From an uncultured Spirochaetota bacterium (GTDB lineage: Bacteria; Spirochaetota; Spirochaetia; SZUA-6; Fen-1364): a DNA stretch of 64,000 bases. The DNA lies in the NCBI GenBank assembly GCA_963745235.1, contig CAVUXE010000053.1, positions 298,404 to 362,403 on the forward strand. The letters run 5' to 3'. Numbering within the stretch: position 1 is the stretch's first letter; each line of letters opens with the position of its first letter. Positions 1-9,596 of this stretch are shown here, one piece after another. Under the pieces are notes generated by a model, which worked only from the letters and a program-made list of their open reading frames with translations, had not been told where the DNA came from and ran no database searches. The translations under genes were made by a program, and so were the position numbers.

Positions 1-1329
1 TTCCTCGTCGGTCCCGACATGACTCACCACGGTGACGGGCCGCGACGTATCAAGAGACCTCGCAACATCTATGAGACTGCGAAGGAACGGCCCCGCGGCC
101 GGCCTTCGCGAGTGCGGCTCATTGGCGACGCTCCAGGCGATGACAGAGGGGTGGTTCCTGTCACGCTGGATCAGGTCGCGAAGGTAGGCGGCGCACAGCT
201 CTTGCCTTCGGTCCAGGCCTTCTTCAGCAAAGAACAGCCCGACAGCGGGAATCTCGTCGATCACGAGGAAACCCAGCCGGTCTGCAAGATCCATCATCTC
301 CTCGGAATAGGGATAGTGCGTCGTTCGAAAGGAGTTCGCCCCTGTCCAGCGCATGATGTCGAAGTCCCGCACGATCAGGGGCGGGAGGATGCCGCGTCCG
401 GTGACGGGGAAATCTTCGTGTCGTCCGAACCCCTTGAGAAGAATCGGAGCGCCGTTCAGAAGCAGGCTGTCTCCGCGTACCTCCACGGTGCGGATGCCGA
501 CAGGAAGCGCATACGAATCAAATGCGGCGTCGCCGCGAAGAAGAGTGATATCGAGCTCGTAGAGGTTCGGGGATTCGCAGGACCAGAGGGAGGGGTTCCT
601 CACGCGGACCTCCACGGCCGCTTTGCCGGAGGAAATATCCGCGTCAGCGCCGAGAATCGCGCCCTGTCCGGCCAGCGTTACCCGCGCCTTTGTCCCCTGG
701 CCTTTGCCCGCCGCGAGCCTCACCTCCAGGGACGCCCCGGCGTCCGACAGTGATGTGTGGACTTCTATTGCCGTGAGACCGGTCCTGGGCACCAGGCAGA
801 GACGCACGGGTCGATGAATCCCGCAGAACGGGAAAAAGTCGAAGGAACCGTTCGGATACGGGGGGGTGGAGGGAAAGCCGTCCAGGGGATTCTGCGGTAC
901 CTCGCCGGGCGGGACCCGGTCCATGGCCAGTGTCCCGTCCACGCGGACCACAAGTACGTTGCGCCCCGGCTGAACTGCTTTCGTAACATCGAAGGAAAAG
1001 GGCAGGTGACCGCCTTCGTGCTCACCGAGCTCCCTGCCGTTGAGCCAGACCTTTGCCAGGTAATTCACCGAATCGAATCTCAGGAGAAGCTGCCCTTCGC
1101 CCCATGCAGCCGGTACCGTGAATGCCGTCGAATACCAGGCCGGCCCCAGAAAATCTCGAAGCCCCGCGAGCTGATCGTTCCAGCTTGCGGGAACCGCGAT
1201 AGGGACGCCGCCAGGGAAGCCCTGGCTCCAGCCCGTTCCTGTCCCGCTGTCCTGAGGGTCCGGGAGAAAATCCCAGAACCCCGACAGGTCAATGAGCTGG
1301 CGGAACTGGTTGACGCGCGGGTACAGCAT
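1..1329 (-). CDS. uidA: GH2 beta-glucuronidase, partial (runs off the window start)
   Basis: Absent from the ORF track because there is no stop in the window. Manual minus-strand translation from ATG 1329 (GGAGGA upstream) gives MLYPRVNQFRQLIDLSGFWDF, HEGGHLPF, GFGRHED, NSFRTTHYPYSEE, RDRNHPSVIAWSVANEP (GH2 acid/base Glu). Confidence 0.9.
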   Translation of the reverse strand, partial: MLYPRVNQFRQLIDLSGFWDFLPDPQDSGTGTGWSQGFPGGVPIAVPASWNDQLAGLRDFLGPAWYSTAFTVPAAWGEGQLLLRFDSVNYLAKVWLNGRELGEHEGGHLPFSFDVTKAVQPGRNVLVVRVDGTLAMDRVPPGEVPQNPLDGFPSTPPYPNGSFDFFPFCGIHRPVRLCLVPRTGLTAIEVHTSLSDAGASLEVRLAAGKGQGTKARVTLAGQGAILGADADISSGKAAVEVRVRNPSLWSCESPNLYELDITLLRGDAAFDSYALPVGIRTVEVRGDSLLLNGAPILLKGFGRHEDFPVTGRGILPPLIVRDFDIMRWTGANSFRTTHYPYSEEMMDLADRLGFLVIDEIPAVGLFFAEEGLDRRQELCAAYLRDLIQRDRNHPSVIAWSVANEPHSRRPAAGPFLRSLIDVARSLDTSRPVTVVSHVGTDEE

Positions 1330-1415
1330 CCGAATCCTCCTAAGGCCGGGGAAGGCCGGTGCGGGTGAAGGTCACCGTCGCCAGCACTCTACCACCTTCG
1401 AGAACGAGGAGGCAA

Positions 1416-1443
1416 CGATTATGGGGCGGCGATTATGGGGCGG
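1416..1443. repeat. Perfect 14-bp tandem duplication (CGATTATGGGGCGG x2) spanning the lipoprotein stop codon
   Basis: Copies read directly at 1416-1429 and 1430-1443. Confidence 0.9.
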
Positions 1444-2626
1444 GGTCCACGCCTCCCAGCAGGAAGCGTGCGCCGTTCTGAGGATCGAACGAACGGACTG
1501 TCGGAGTGGCGTTATCCATCCAGAGGTCCGCGCCCGTGGATGTCTCGGCGCCCGCCGGAGCCGCGTCCAGGTCATAAAGGTACGTGCCACGACACGTCGC
1601 AGCGGTATTTGTGGCCAGAATGCTGCCGCCAGGATTGTACGTGGTGAACCGGAATCCCATGCCATTGTTCCCGTCTATGTTGTTGTTCGTCACCACCAGT
1701 TTGCCGTAATTGCCGCTGCTCGTGATGTACAGGAAGATCTGTCCGACCGGTATCTGGCTCCCGTTGCTGTTGTTGATTGTGCTGGACGTCATCTGTGAGC
1801 TCTCCAGCGCGATCTCCGGCCAGGTGATGGTGGCGTACGAGGTCAGGTTGTCGACCGTGTATGCGCCGTTTGACGTGACGCTGTCGATCATCTGGCCATG
1901 AATGGCCACGGCCGCAATGGCGCCAGGCATCGCAAGCGATATTGCCCCCGAGTATTGGGTAGTGCCAGGCTGGCCAGGAACGGGAAGCGGCGCGGGACCG
2001 GTCCCGCTTGCCGTTGTGTAGTAGATCGTGGAACCCGCCGTTGCCGACGAGAGGGTTACACTCACGGGAGTCCTGACGTAGGCCCCGGCGGGAGGACTCA
2101 AGACGGGCGCAGCCGCCTGCGGATACTGCACTGTCACCTTTGCACTCGATACCGTGCTTGGCATCATGTTCGGGCCAATGGCAATTGCCTTGATGGTCAT
2201 GGCAATTGAAGAATTGGAGACCGTCGGGCTGGCCAGGGAAACCGTTATGCTGGAGGAATACTTGTTCGTCGTGGAGGAGCGCGGGTCGGGGTTCGACCCA
2301 TCCGTGGTGTAGTAGATCACCGAGCCCACCGTGCTCGTCTGAAGAGTGATCTGCGTGTCAGCCGTGGTTGTGGCAGTCCCTCCGCTTTGAAGCGTACCGC
2401 TTCCGCCGCTCGAGGAGTAGGAAACGCCTGGCGCAGCAGTGATGGACGGAGTTGACGGGTCCACCGTTCCCGAGTTGCCCGACCATCCCTGGCGTGTGTA
2501 CTGGAACGGCTGTGGACATCCGATGACGGCCGCCAGGAACGCAAGGGCAATCAGGCCCCGCAGCGCCCGCACTGCTGTGCGTTTCTCAGGAGGGATGTCG
2601 GTCGTTGACCTGCACATTTCTTCCAT
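1433..2626 (-). CDS. Lipoprotein with two chitobiase/Fn3-associated (CHB_HEX_C-like) modules and an unknown C-terminal domain
   Basis: Lipobox-like AVIG-C; IYYTTDGSNP and IYYTTASG modules; Ser/Thr-rich; paralogue of 12634..14748. The start codon is uncertain. Confidence 0.8.
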   Translation of the reverse strand: MEEMCRSTTDIPPEKRTAVRALRGLIALAFLAAVIGCPQPFQYTRQGWSGNSGTVDPSTPSITAAPGVSYSSSGGSGTLQSGGTATTTADTQITLQTSTVGSVIYYTTDGSNPDPRSSTTNKYSSSITVSLASPTVSNSSIAMTIKAIAIGPNMMPSTVSSAKVTVQYPQAAAPVLSPPAGAYVRTPVSVTLSSATAGSTIYYTTASGTGPAPLPVPGQPGTTQYSGAISLAMPGAIAAVAIHGQMIDSVTSNGAYTVDNLTSYATITWPEIALESSQMTSSTINNSNGSQIPVGQIFLYITSSGNYGKLVVTNNNIDGNNGMGFRFTTYNPGGSILATNTAATCRGTYLYDLDAAPAGAETSTGADLWMDNATPTVRSFDPQNGARFLLGGVDPAP

Positions 2627-2685
2627 ATTAAGACCGCCGCTGCGATTATTGTATTGTATCCCGGCGCGCGCGGGAATTCCACTAA

Positions 2686-3237
2686 TTAGTGCGGGTTTGC
2701 CGGCGGATCACCGACCTGCGAGGCCGGAAACACCGGCCCTTCGGCGGGGGAAAGGAGGAATACCGTGGCGCCGGCCGGGACCTCCATCGGTCCATCCCGA
2801 GCCCCGTTCACCACGACACGCCCGGATTCCGCGGTCAACGCTCCGTCCCTCAGGGCGGCTGAGCCGTTCTCGATATGAATTACCATCCCTCGAAACTGGA
2901 TCTCGTAGACAACGCTCCCGGAATCCACCTTCACGCCGCCGGATTCCAGTGACAGCCGAACCGCTGCAGGCCCCACGTCGAGCACCGTGAGATGGGTGAG
3001 CTGCTCGACGGTCACGACGCTGTCGTTGTACCCCAGCGTCGCGGTTGCGGCGAGCCAGGAGGTCACAACGGCGCCGGCCGGCAGCTGTCGCCCGACGACC
3101 GCCTGGCGCCATCCCAGGTTCGTGAGGAGAGCTTCCACGAACCCGTTGGATTGCTGGACTTCGAGGACCAGGTCCTGGGCGCCCGCCGACGAAAGCCCGA
3201 CCAGCAGGACCGAGGCAGCGATTGCGAGCATTTTCAC
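2686..3237 (-). CDS. Exported FecR-like beta-rich protein (degenerate)
   Basis: Signal peptide followed by the pattern GxVE..W..A.VG..L..G..V.T..A.A.L...S.V.V...T.L.V...V.L.L..G, typical of stand-alone FecR domains. The canonical VRGT motif is absent. Confidence 0.6.
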   Translation of the reverse strand: MKMLAIAASVLLVGLSSAGAQDLVLEVQQSNGFVEALLTNLGWRQAVVGRQLPAGAVVTSWLAATATLGYNDSVVTVEQLTHLTVLDVGPAAVRLSLESGGVKVDSGSVVYEIQFRGMVIHIENGSAALRDGALTAESGRVVVNGARDGPMEVPAGATVFLLSPAEGPVFPASQVGDPPANPH

Positions 3238-4502
3238 AGGGACATCCCGGCTTCCAGCCGAAGGTACGGGAGGATCATGGTTGCCGCGATCAACGCCCCG
3301 CCGCGGGCCTGGAGGCGAATGCCGTCCATGGGCGAAAGTCCGGCGGAAACCTCCAGCTCCGTGCCCACGTAGGGCCCCCCGAGGGAAAAACTGTACGCAG
3401 GAGACTGCGACTCGCTGGGACGCAGGAGCAGGCGGGTGGTGAAAGCCGGAAGAAGGACTGCACTCGCGGGGGCCGCCGGCAAGGCCGCATCGATCCCCAG
3501 CTCCAGACGAACGATGTCGCTCAGGCCGACGGAGTAGGAATCACTCACGGGAGGTCCCGCAAGGGCCGGGAATCCCGCAAGCGGCCCGCCCGGGCTGCTT
3601 GCCCAGAGCACTGAGAACCATGCCTCGTGGAGGAAGCTGACGGGGACCCGCCAGGCAACCAGCTCCCGAATCAGGAGGCCCACGCCCGCCGACGCCGCGG
3701 AAGGCACCGCGACACCTGTGACGAGCGCGCTTTCCTGGCGGAACCCCTGCGCAATGGGTCCGCTTACCTGCAGCCCGGCATACCAGCTGTCGAACGTGGA
3801 AGAGCCGCCGCGGAAGTCCTTCTGGCCGATCCCGAACAGGCCGATCCGCTGCCCGGCGAACGGGTTGTCCGTCTCCAGGCGCAGGACAGCCAGGCCCCGC
3901 GGAGGGGCGAAGTAGATCGAGCTGTCGGCAAGATCCGCTTCGTCCTGCGCCGTGAAGAGGATGCGGTTCAGCCGCTTGTCCAGAAGCCCCAGGTATCCGA
4001 CGCCGAGGGAACCGTAGAAGCCCTGGAACCGGGCTTCGAACATGAGGCCGTCAGCGAGCTGGCTCGGGTAGAGGGCCGTCGGGTTGTCCAGAAGAAGCCC
4101 CGTGGGCTCATCCAGGGGAATCCGGCCCGCGCTGGCGCGAAGCCACAACCCGATGAGCCGGGGCGGCGGAAGCTCGAAGGTGATCCGGCTCACCGTCGGG
4201 TAGGCGGTCACCGCCGCGACAGAGGGCGAGCCGGATGCAATCTGCTGCGGCGCGTAGCGCAGCTGACCGCTCAGCGAGTAGCTCATGAGCCCGCGCCCGG
4301 CCGCGTGGGCAACCTCGAAGCCCAGGGAGAACGCGTCCTGGGAGTCAATGGCAGGCCCGGCGCCTGCGCTGGCCAACGTGCCAATTGTCTGAAGCGATGC
4401 GCCCCAGCCGAAAGTCGGCTGCGCTTGCGCAGCCGCAACGGCGGCCGGCAGCGCAAGGAGCAGCAAGGGAAGGCAGTGCCGGCGGAAAGACCCCGCGCTC
4501 AC
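3234..4502 (-). CDS. Predicted outer-membrane beta-barrel protein
   Basis: Signal peptide, alternating amphipathic strands, terminal strand YLRLEAGMSL; 4-nt overlaps with both neighbours. Confidence 0.6.
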   Translation of the reverse strand: MSAGSFRRHCLPLLLLALPAAVAAAQAQPTFGWGASLQTIGTLASAGAGPAIDSQDAFSLGFEVAHAAGRGLMSYSLSGQLRYAPQQIASGSPSVAAVTAYPTVSRITFELPPPRLIGLWLRASAGRIPLDEPTGLLLDNPTALYPSQLADGLMFEARFQGFYGSLGVGYLGLLDKRLNRILFTAQDEADLADSSIYFAPPRGLAVLRLETDNPFAGQRIGLFGIGQKDFRGGSSTFDSWYAGLQVSGPIAQGFRQESALVTGVAVPSAASAGVGLLIRELVAWRVPVSFLHEAWFSVLWASSPGGPLAGFPALAGPPVSDSYSVGLSDIVRLELGIDAALPAAPASAVLLPAFTTRLLLRPSESQSPAYSFSLGGPYVGTELEVSAGLSPMDGIRLQARGGALIAATMILPYLRLEAGMSL

Positions 4503-4945
4503 CGTTTCTCCTCGACTACTCGACGCAGGAGCATGAGGGCATCCACACCGCTTACCGGGTTGCCGGGCCGGGCGCGCCGCGGGATCAGGCCCCGGGCCTG
4601 GAGCTCGTCGAACGCCGAACGGGGTCCCGGGAAAAGGCCATACGCTACGCTGCCGCGCAGGTCGAAGAGCTGGGTGATCAGAAACGCATAGCCGCCATAC
4701 GTGATGGGTGATTCGTCAGGGGCAGACGGAAGCCGTATTCCGAGCTTCTGGAGCGTTGTCCTGGCTTCTTCTGGACTGATCTCCGGACGGAGGCTGCCGG
4801 ATGTCGCGCCGACCAGCCGGATCGAGCTCCCGATGGTAAGCCATTCCTCCCCCGCTGCCGTATGCAGGATTGTGCCGTACTGTGCGAAGAGATTGGCGCT
4901 GACTGCGGTGAGGAGAGCGACCACGGCGAGCACGACACGCTTCAT
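4499..4945 (-). CDS. Small exported helical hypothetical protein
   Basis: Signal peptide MKRVVLAVVALL. The motif FPGPRSAFDEL..RGLIP...P...VSG.DAL.LL resembles, from recall, spirochaete hypothetical proteins encoded near FecR genes. Confidence 0.65.
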   Translation of the reverse strand: MKRVVLAVVALLTAVSANLFAQYGTILHTAAGEEWLTIGSSIRLVGATSGSLRPEISPEEARTTLQKLGIRLPSAPDESPITYGGYAFLITQLFDLRGSVAYGLFPGPRSAFDELQARGLIPRRARPGNPVSGVDALMLLRRVVEEKR

Positions 4946-4994
4946 CCGCGGCAGTGTATCCCGGAGCTTTTCTTTTCGCAACCAGCGGCTCTGT

Positions 4995-5023
4995 TTGACT
5001 CCGGTGGCCTATTCCAGTACAAC
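4995..5023 (+). promoter_or_regulatory. Candidate sigma70 promoter TTGACT-N17-TACAAC
   Basis: Lies in the short divergent intergenic region, upstream of ATG 5047. Confidence 0.45.
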
Positions 5024-5046
5024 TTATGAGAAGGGAGCGGAGGGAC

Positions 5047-7233
5047 ATGGCGGACAAGCGCGCGGATTTTCCCGCCCTCGACAACGAGGCGGGCATCACT
5101 CCAGTCGAACGGGATGAGATCAGGACGCACATCGAGAAAGTCGCCACGGAAAACCGCATCCCGGTCGAGGCGGCGCAGTTCTCCCTCACCGGTGCCCGAC
5201 GCGGCCTCCTCCTTCCTTTCATCGTGAACGCCGGCGCCGCCGTGGTGATCGTGGCGGTCATTCTGGTGATCACTCTGGTATTCCACAGGGACGAGCGAAG
5301 GCTGCAGACGCAGGCCACGCAGTATGCCAGCGTGGAGGGGAAGCTCATCCGTGAGCTCCGCCAGCAGTCCACGCAGGAGCTGAGCTCGAAAGAGAGGGAG
5401 ATCGAGGAGGTCAGAAACAAGGTCCGCGAGCTGGAGCAGCAGCAGAAGACCCTCGCAGAAACCTATGCGCAGAAGCTGAAGGCAAAAGAAGAGGAGCTGC
5501 GCCAGAAGCAGTCCCAGGACATAGTAACGGAGCGCGCCCGGCTGGTCTCGCAGGGGGTGAGCACGAACGACCTGCAGGTCCGCATGGCGAAGTTCGAAGC
5601 CGAGCGCAAGGCCTACTACGAGCAGCAGCTTGCCGAATACAGAAAGAGCCTGGACGCGGAGCGGGCGCAGTTGGCGGCGGACATCATCCGCCTGCGCGCG
5701 GAGTACGCAACCCGACTCCAGCAGCTGGAGAAAGAGCGGCTCCAGATCGCGACTGACTACCAGCAGCGGGAGACAGCCCTTCGCGTCCAGCTGGAGCAGA
5801 AGACCCAGGTGCTTGAGCGGTTGCGGTCGCAGGGCAGCGTCAACCTCGGGGCCGCTCAGCGGGAGCTGGAGCAGCTGGGGCAGAAGCAGGAGAGCGTCCA
5901 GGCGGTGGAGAACCAGATCGACGGCCAGATCGGACGTATCAACCAGGACATCGGCGCCGGCCAGACCGACGCCGCCCTCAGCGAGGTGCGCGCCCTCCAG
6001 GCCTATCTACGACAGGGAAGTGTCCGCTCGGTTCCGCAGCTCGCAGACAGGGTCACCTCTGAATCCTTCCTCCTTGAGCAGCTCGGGACCTTCCTGGAGG
6101 ATCGCCTGAAGGCTCAGTCCCAGTCTACCGGTCAACCCCTCACGGCCGAGCTGGAGCAGCTCGGGAAGATCCACACCCTTTCCCAGCAGGCCGCCGCAGC
6201 CGCCGGCCCCGCCCGGCTTGACGCGTATCGCCAGCTGGTTGCTTCCCTGCCGGAGATGCAGAGCGCAACGTCCGCGCTCGTGGATGCCGCGGTCTCTCTG
6301 GCCGCGGACGATCTGCAGAAGAAAATGCATGACGAAACGGAAAAGAACACGACGGCGGCTGTCTCCCTGATGAGGACCGGCGACTATGCAGGCGCCCTTG
6401 ACCAGTACAAGGCGGCCCTCAATGATACCCCGGCCCTCGCCCCGGAATCCTCGCGGCTTCTCACGGACCTCCTCTTCCTCGGGTACCACATCTCCGACTA
6501 CACGCGCACCGGCCAGAAGACAGCCGGCACGGATGAGCTGGCCGCCCAGGCGGGCATTGACCTGCAGGCCGAACGCGAGGCGTTTCTCAAGGCCACCGGA
6601 AGCGCGGTTGGCGAGCAGGCGGCGAACGCACGCGCCGCGGCGGACCAGCAGGTCACCGCTGCCGCGGCCACAGAGGAGCAGAAGCTGAGAAGCCAGCTGG
6701 CTGACGCGCAGTCGCACATTTCCCGGCTGGAGGCGCAGCGGACCCAGGCAGACGCGCAGCACTCCGCGGAGATCGACGCGATTGCAGCGCACCTGAAGAC
6801 GACCCGCCAGGACCTCTCGCGCCGCCTGGATGACCTTCTGGCCTTCGAGGGCGAGGTGAATGCCGCCCGCGCGGCGTATACGACATACGTGGCGCAGGAG
6901 AAAACAGCGCGGTCCGCAAACCCGCAGGACCCGGCCACCGCCTCGCGACAGGAGCTCAACAAGTTCCTTCGGGCCCAGCCCGTGCGCACCCTCTTCTCCG
7001 ACGTGGCGGACAGGGTCAACGCGCTGTACTCCGTGACGCAGAGCGCCGGGTCCACCGCCGCGCTCGCCGACGCCGCTGACATCATCACGAACGTGGCCAG
7101 ACAGCCGACGCTCAAGGCAAGCAGGCAGGAGCTGCAGTTCGAGATCCAGAACGCGCAGAGCAACGACCGCCTGGCCGCCATCCTGACCGCCGTTGACGGA
7201 GTGCTCGCAAAGGCGCAGGGCAAGAGTCAGTAG
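5047..7233 (+). CDS. Single-TM membrane-anchored long coiled-coil protein
   Basis: Short N-terminal tail, one hydrophobic helix (LLLPFIVNAGAAVVIVAVILVITLVF), then ~650 aa of Q/E/R/A-rich heptad-like helix with a TPR-like segment (GDYAGALDQYKAAL). Confidence 0.85.
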   Translation: MADKRADFPALDNEAGITPVERDEIRTHIEKVATENRIPVEAAQFSLTGARRGLLLPFIVNAGAAVVIVAVILVITLVFHRDERRLQTQATQYASVEGKLIRELRQQSTQELSSKEREIEEVRNKVRELEQQQKTLAETYAQKLKAKEEELRQKQSQDIVTERARLVSQGVSTNDLQVRMAKFEAERKAYYEQQLAEYRKSLDAERAQLAADIIRLRAEYATRLQQLEKERLQIATDYQQRETALRVQLEQKTQVLERLRSQGSVNLGAAQRELEQLGQKQESVQAVENQIDGQIGRINQDIGAGQTDAALSEVRALQAYLRQGSVRSVPQLADRVTSESFLLEQLGTFLEDRLKAQSQSTGQPLTAELEQLGKIHTLSQQAAAAAGPARLDAYRQLVASLPEMQSATSALVDAAVSLAADDLQKKMHDETEKNTTAAVSLMRTGDYAGALDQYKAALNDTPALAPESSRLLTDLLFLGYHISDYTRTGQKTAGTDELAAQAGIDLQAEREAFLKATGSAVGEQAANARAAADQQVTAAAATEEQKLRSQLADAQSHISRLEAQRTQADAQHSAEIDAIAAHLKTTRQDLSRRLDDLLAFEGEVNAARAAYTTYVAQEKTARSANPQDPATASRQELNKFLRAQPVRTLFSDVADRVNALYSVTQSAGSTAALADAADIITNVARQPTLKASRQELQFEIQNAQSNDRLAAILTAVDGVLAKAQGKSQ

Positions 7234-7248
7234 AGGCGGGGCGCGTTT

Positions 7249-8520
7249 CTAGAAGTCCAGCCTCAGTCCCAGGTACACGTTGCGCAGGTCGAAGAGCCCC
7301 CACGGCAGGATGATGTACCCCGGCACCTGCCCGCTGGGGAAGCTGTTGGCAACGAAGGACAGGTTGATGAACTGCTGCGGGTTGGACGCGAGGATGAAGG
7401 CCGGCTGGTAGTCGGCCACGAACCGCAGACGCCGGGAAGGCGAGTACTCCGCGCCAAGGCTGAGAGTGATGGCGCCCGGCGCAGCCTGCGTGTCGATGGC
7501 AAAGCTGGGCGCGGGGGGATGTGAGAACCGCAGGTATCCCCCCGCCGCCACGAAGAAGCGAAGCAGGCTCTCCGCCGGAGACACGTACAGGCCGACGTCC
7601 AGTCCCGCCTGGCTCAACGGGGAACCGACCACGACGACGCTCGGCGAGTTGTCAATGGGATAGAATCCGAACAGCTCCGTGGTGACGCCAAGACGCACGA
7701 AGACCTGCGCAGGCAGGACATACCACCAGAAGCGCACCCCGGGGAACTGGAAGCTGCTCAGCGCGACCTCGGTCCCGAAGCGCGGCTTGGCCACCTGGTT
7801 GAGGCTGAGGGAGACCGGCTCGATCCCCAGGAACAGGGGCTGATCCACGTCATAGTACCCACCGGCTCGGGCTTTCATCGTGAACGAGGAGGGGTAGGGG
7901 ATCTTCTGCTCCAGCGTGCCGCTCTTGTCGATGCGATAGGGTCCGCCGGGAACGCCGGTCAGCTCGGTGCCGGGCACACCGTGCACCGTGAGGGTGGTCA
8001 CGTCAACGATGCGGCTGTACGAGGTCTTGATAGTCTCCACCATCTTGTCCCAGAACCCGTGGGAAATGGTGCGGGAGTCAACGACAAAGCCGGGGCGGAT
8101 GATCTGCGAGCCGAATGCCTGCTGACGGAGGATGTCGTAGGTCTCCACCTGGATGGTGAGATTGCTGAATCCACCGCTTTCCGACACGGCAAGCCAGCAG
8201 TCGGCGTTGATGCGCCTCGCGAGCTCTTCTTTCGCCTCGGGAGTCTGCGGCACCGTCTCGTCCGGGGATTCCAGGAGGACGACGTCGGGGTTTGCTTCCG
8301 TGGCTGCCGCCAGGATGGAGTTGTAGAGAAGGAACCTTTCCGTCGTCGAAAGAGTGCCCGGCTCCGCGTCGAACAGGTAGATCATGAACCGCGGCCTCCC
8401 GAACGCCGTCGAGGTGGAGGCTTGCGTGTTCTCCTGCGCCTGCTGCGCTCCCGCGGCAACCGCGCACAGAGAGAGGAGGAGCAGGGAAAGGCCCGGCCAG
8501 CGCCGCTTCACTACCACCAC
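7249..8520 (-). CDS. Exported three-part protein: alpha/beta domain, PEGA-like domain, C-terminal beta-barrel
   Basis: Signal peptide; central strand-rich segment (FTMKARAGGYYD); ends VYLGLRLDF, a terminal-aromatic beta-signal. Confidence 0.65.
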   Translation of the reverse strand: MVVVKRRWPGLSLLLLSLCAVAAGAQQAQENTQASTSTAFGRPRFMIYLFDAEPGTLSTTERFLLYNSILAAATEANPDVVLLESPDETVPQTPEAKEELARRINADCWLAVSESGGFSNLTIQVETYDILRQQAFGSQIIRPGFVVDSRTISHGFWDKMVETIKTSYSRIVDVTTLTVHGVPGTELTGVPGGPYRIDKSGTLEQKIPYPSSFTMKARAGGYYDVDQPLFLGIEPVSLSLNQVAKPRFGTEVALSSFQFPGVRFWWYVLPAQVFVRLGVTTELFGFYPIDNSPSVVVVGSPLSQAGLDVGLYVSPAESLLRFFVAAGGYLRFSHPPAPSFAIDTQAAPGAITLSLGAEYSPSRRLRFVADYQPAFILASNPQQFINLSFVANSFPSGQVPGYIILPWGLFDLRNVYLGLRLDF

Positions 8521-9596
8521 CTCCTGTAGCGCGTGAGGATGCGCGAGGCGGGGTCGAAGCGGTACATGTATTGATTCAGCCCGGCCGTCTGCGGAATGAG
8601 GAAAGCGTAGTGCCTGCTGAGGGAACGGTCACCGACGATCTGCAGCGGGCTCCCGAGCCATGCCAGGGCGCCCGTGGGCGTCCAGGTGTACCGCGTCATC
8701 CATCCGTCCCGCTGGACCATGAAGATTCCCCCGGCATCCGCGGACAGCTGGGGCCTGTCCACCGTCACCGCCAGGGGCCATGCACCCGCCCCGACCGGCC
8801 AGCTCGGTGCGCCTGGCAGCAGCACGGCGGTGCCGGTGGTGGCGGCAGCACCCGTCATCCGTGCAGCGAGGATCCGGCCCTGGGCCGGCTCGGAAAAGAC
8901 AAAGGTGATTTCATCCGTGGCGCTGTCGTACGAAAGCCCCAGGAGCTGGTATCCGAGGTTCGCATAGTTCGGGTCCGACGTGGAGGGGCGGGAAGCCGAG
9001 GGGATGATGGCAAGCGCGCCCTGGGTTACAATCGTCCAGGTCGGGTTGTTGTAGATGGTGTAGTTGAGGTCAAAGCTCCCATATTGACCGGCCGGAGTCG
9101 CAAAAACATACGTATAGGGCCCAGTCGGCACGATAAACGCGAACCCTCCCAGGGGAGGGGGCGGGTTGAGCGAGCCGACGGAAGTGGCGCCGCCGTTCGG
9201 GCTGAGAACCATGTATCCGGTCAGGACATTGCCGTCATGCGCGTACGCGTAGGGCCTGCTGAAGTAATCAAGCGTGGTGGGGGTGCCCGCAGTGCCGAGG
9301 ACGTTGAGGTCCTGGTCCATGAAGATGAGCTTTCCCTTGTAGTTGAATCCGAGGGAGGGGTCGCTGGAGGGCGGCTCCACGAGGAGAAGAACGCGCGGGG
9401 ACAGCCCTGCCGTGTCCACCACCTCCAGGTCATACGTGACCGGAGAGGCGCCCCCGGTGATTGCGTCCACGCGGCTGCCCAGGTCAATCGAAATGTCAGT
9501 CTTGTCGACGAACCCGGGAAACGGACTGACGGTGAACAACTCGCACCCGGCCAGCAGGATGAGAGGGAGCAGAAGGGCGGACCGCCGGGTCACCAT
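8511..9596 (-). CDS. Hypothetical lipoprotein, all-beta
   Basis: MVTRRSALLLPLILLAG-C lipobox; overlaps both neighbours. Confidence 0.75.
   Translation of the reverse strand: MVTRRSALLLPLILLAGCELFTVSPFPGFVDKTDISIDLGSRVDAITGGASPVTYDLEVVDTAGLSPRVLLLVEPPSSDPSLGFNYKGKLIFMDQDLNVLGTAGTPTTLDYFSRPYAYAHDGNVLTGYMVLSPNGGATSVGSLNPPPPLGGFAFIVPTGPYTYVFATPAGQYGSFDLNYTIYNNPTWTIVTQGALAIIPSASRPSTSDPNYANLGYQLLGLSYDSATDEITFVFSEPAQGRILAARMTGAAATTGTAVLLPGAPSWPVGAGAWPLAVTVDRPQLSADAGGIFMVQRDGWMTRYTWTPTGALAWLGSPLQIVGDRSLSRHYAFLIPQTAGLNQYMYRFDPASRILTRYRRWW

Noticed and set aside
19-1368. Plus-strand ORFs 19..753 and 757..1368
   Set aside because: Antisense shadows of the minus-strand GH2 gene. The same applies to most long overlapping ORFs in this GC-rich window (e.g. 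37787..39349, 43739..46066, 52495..54105).
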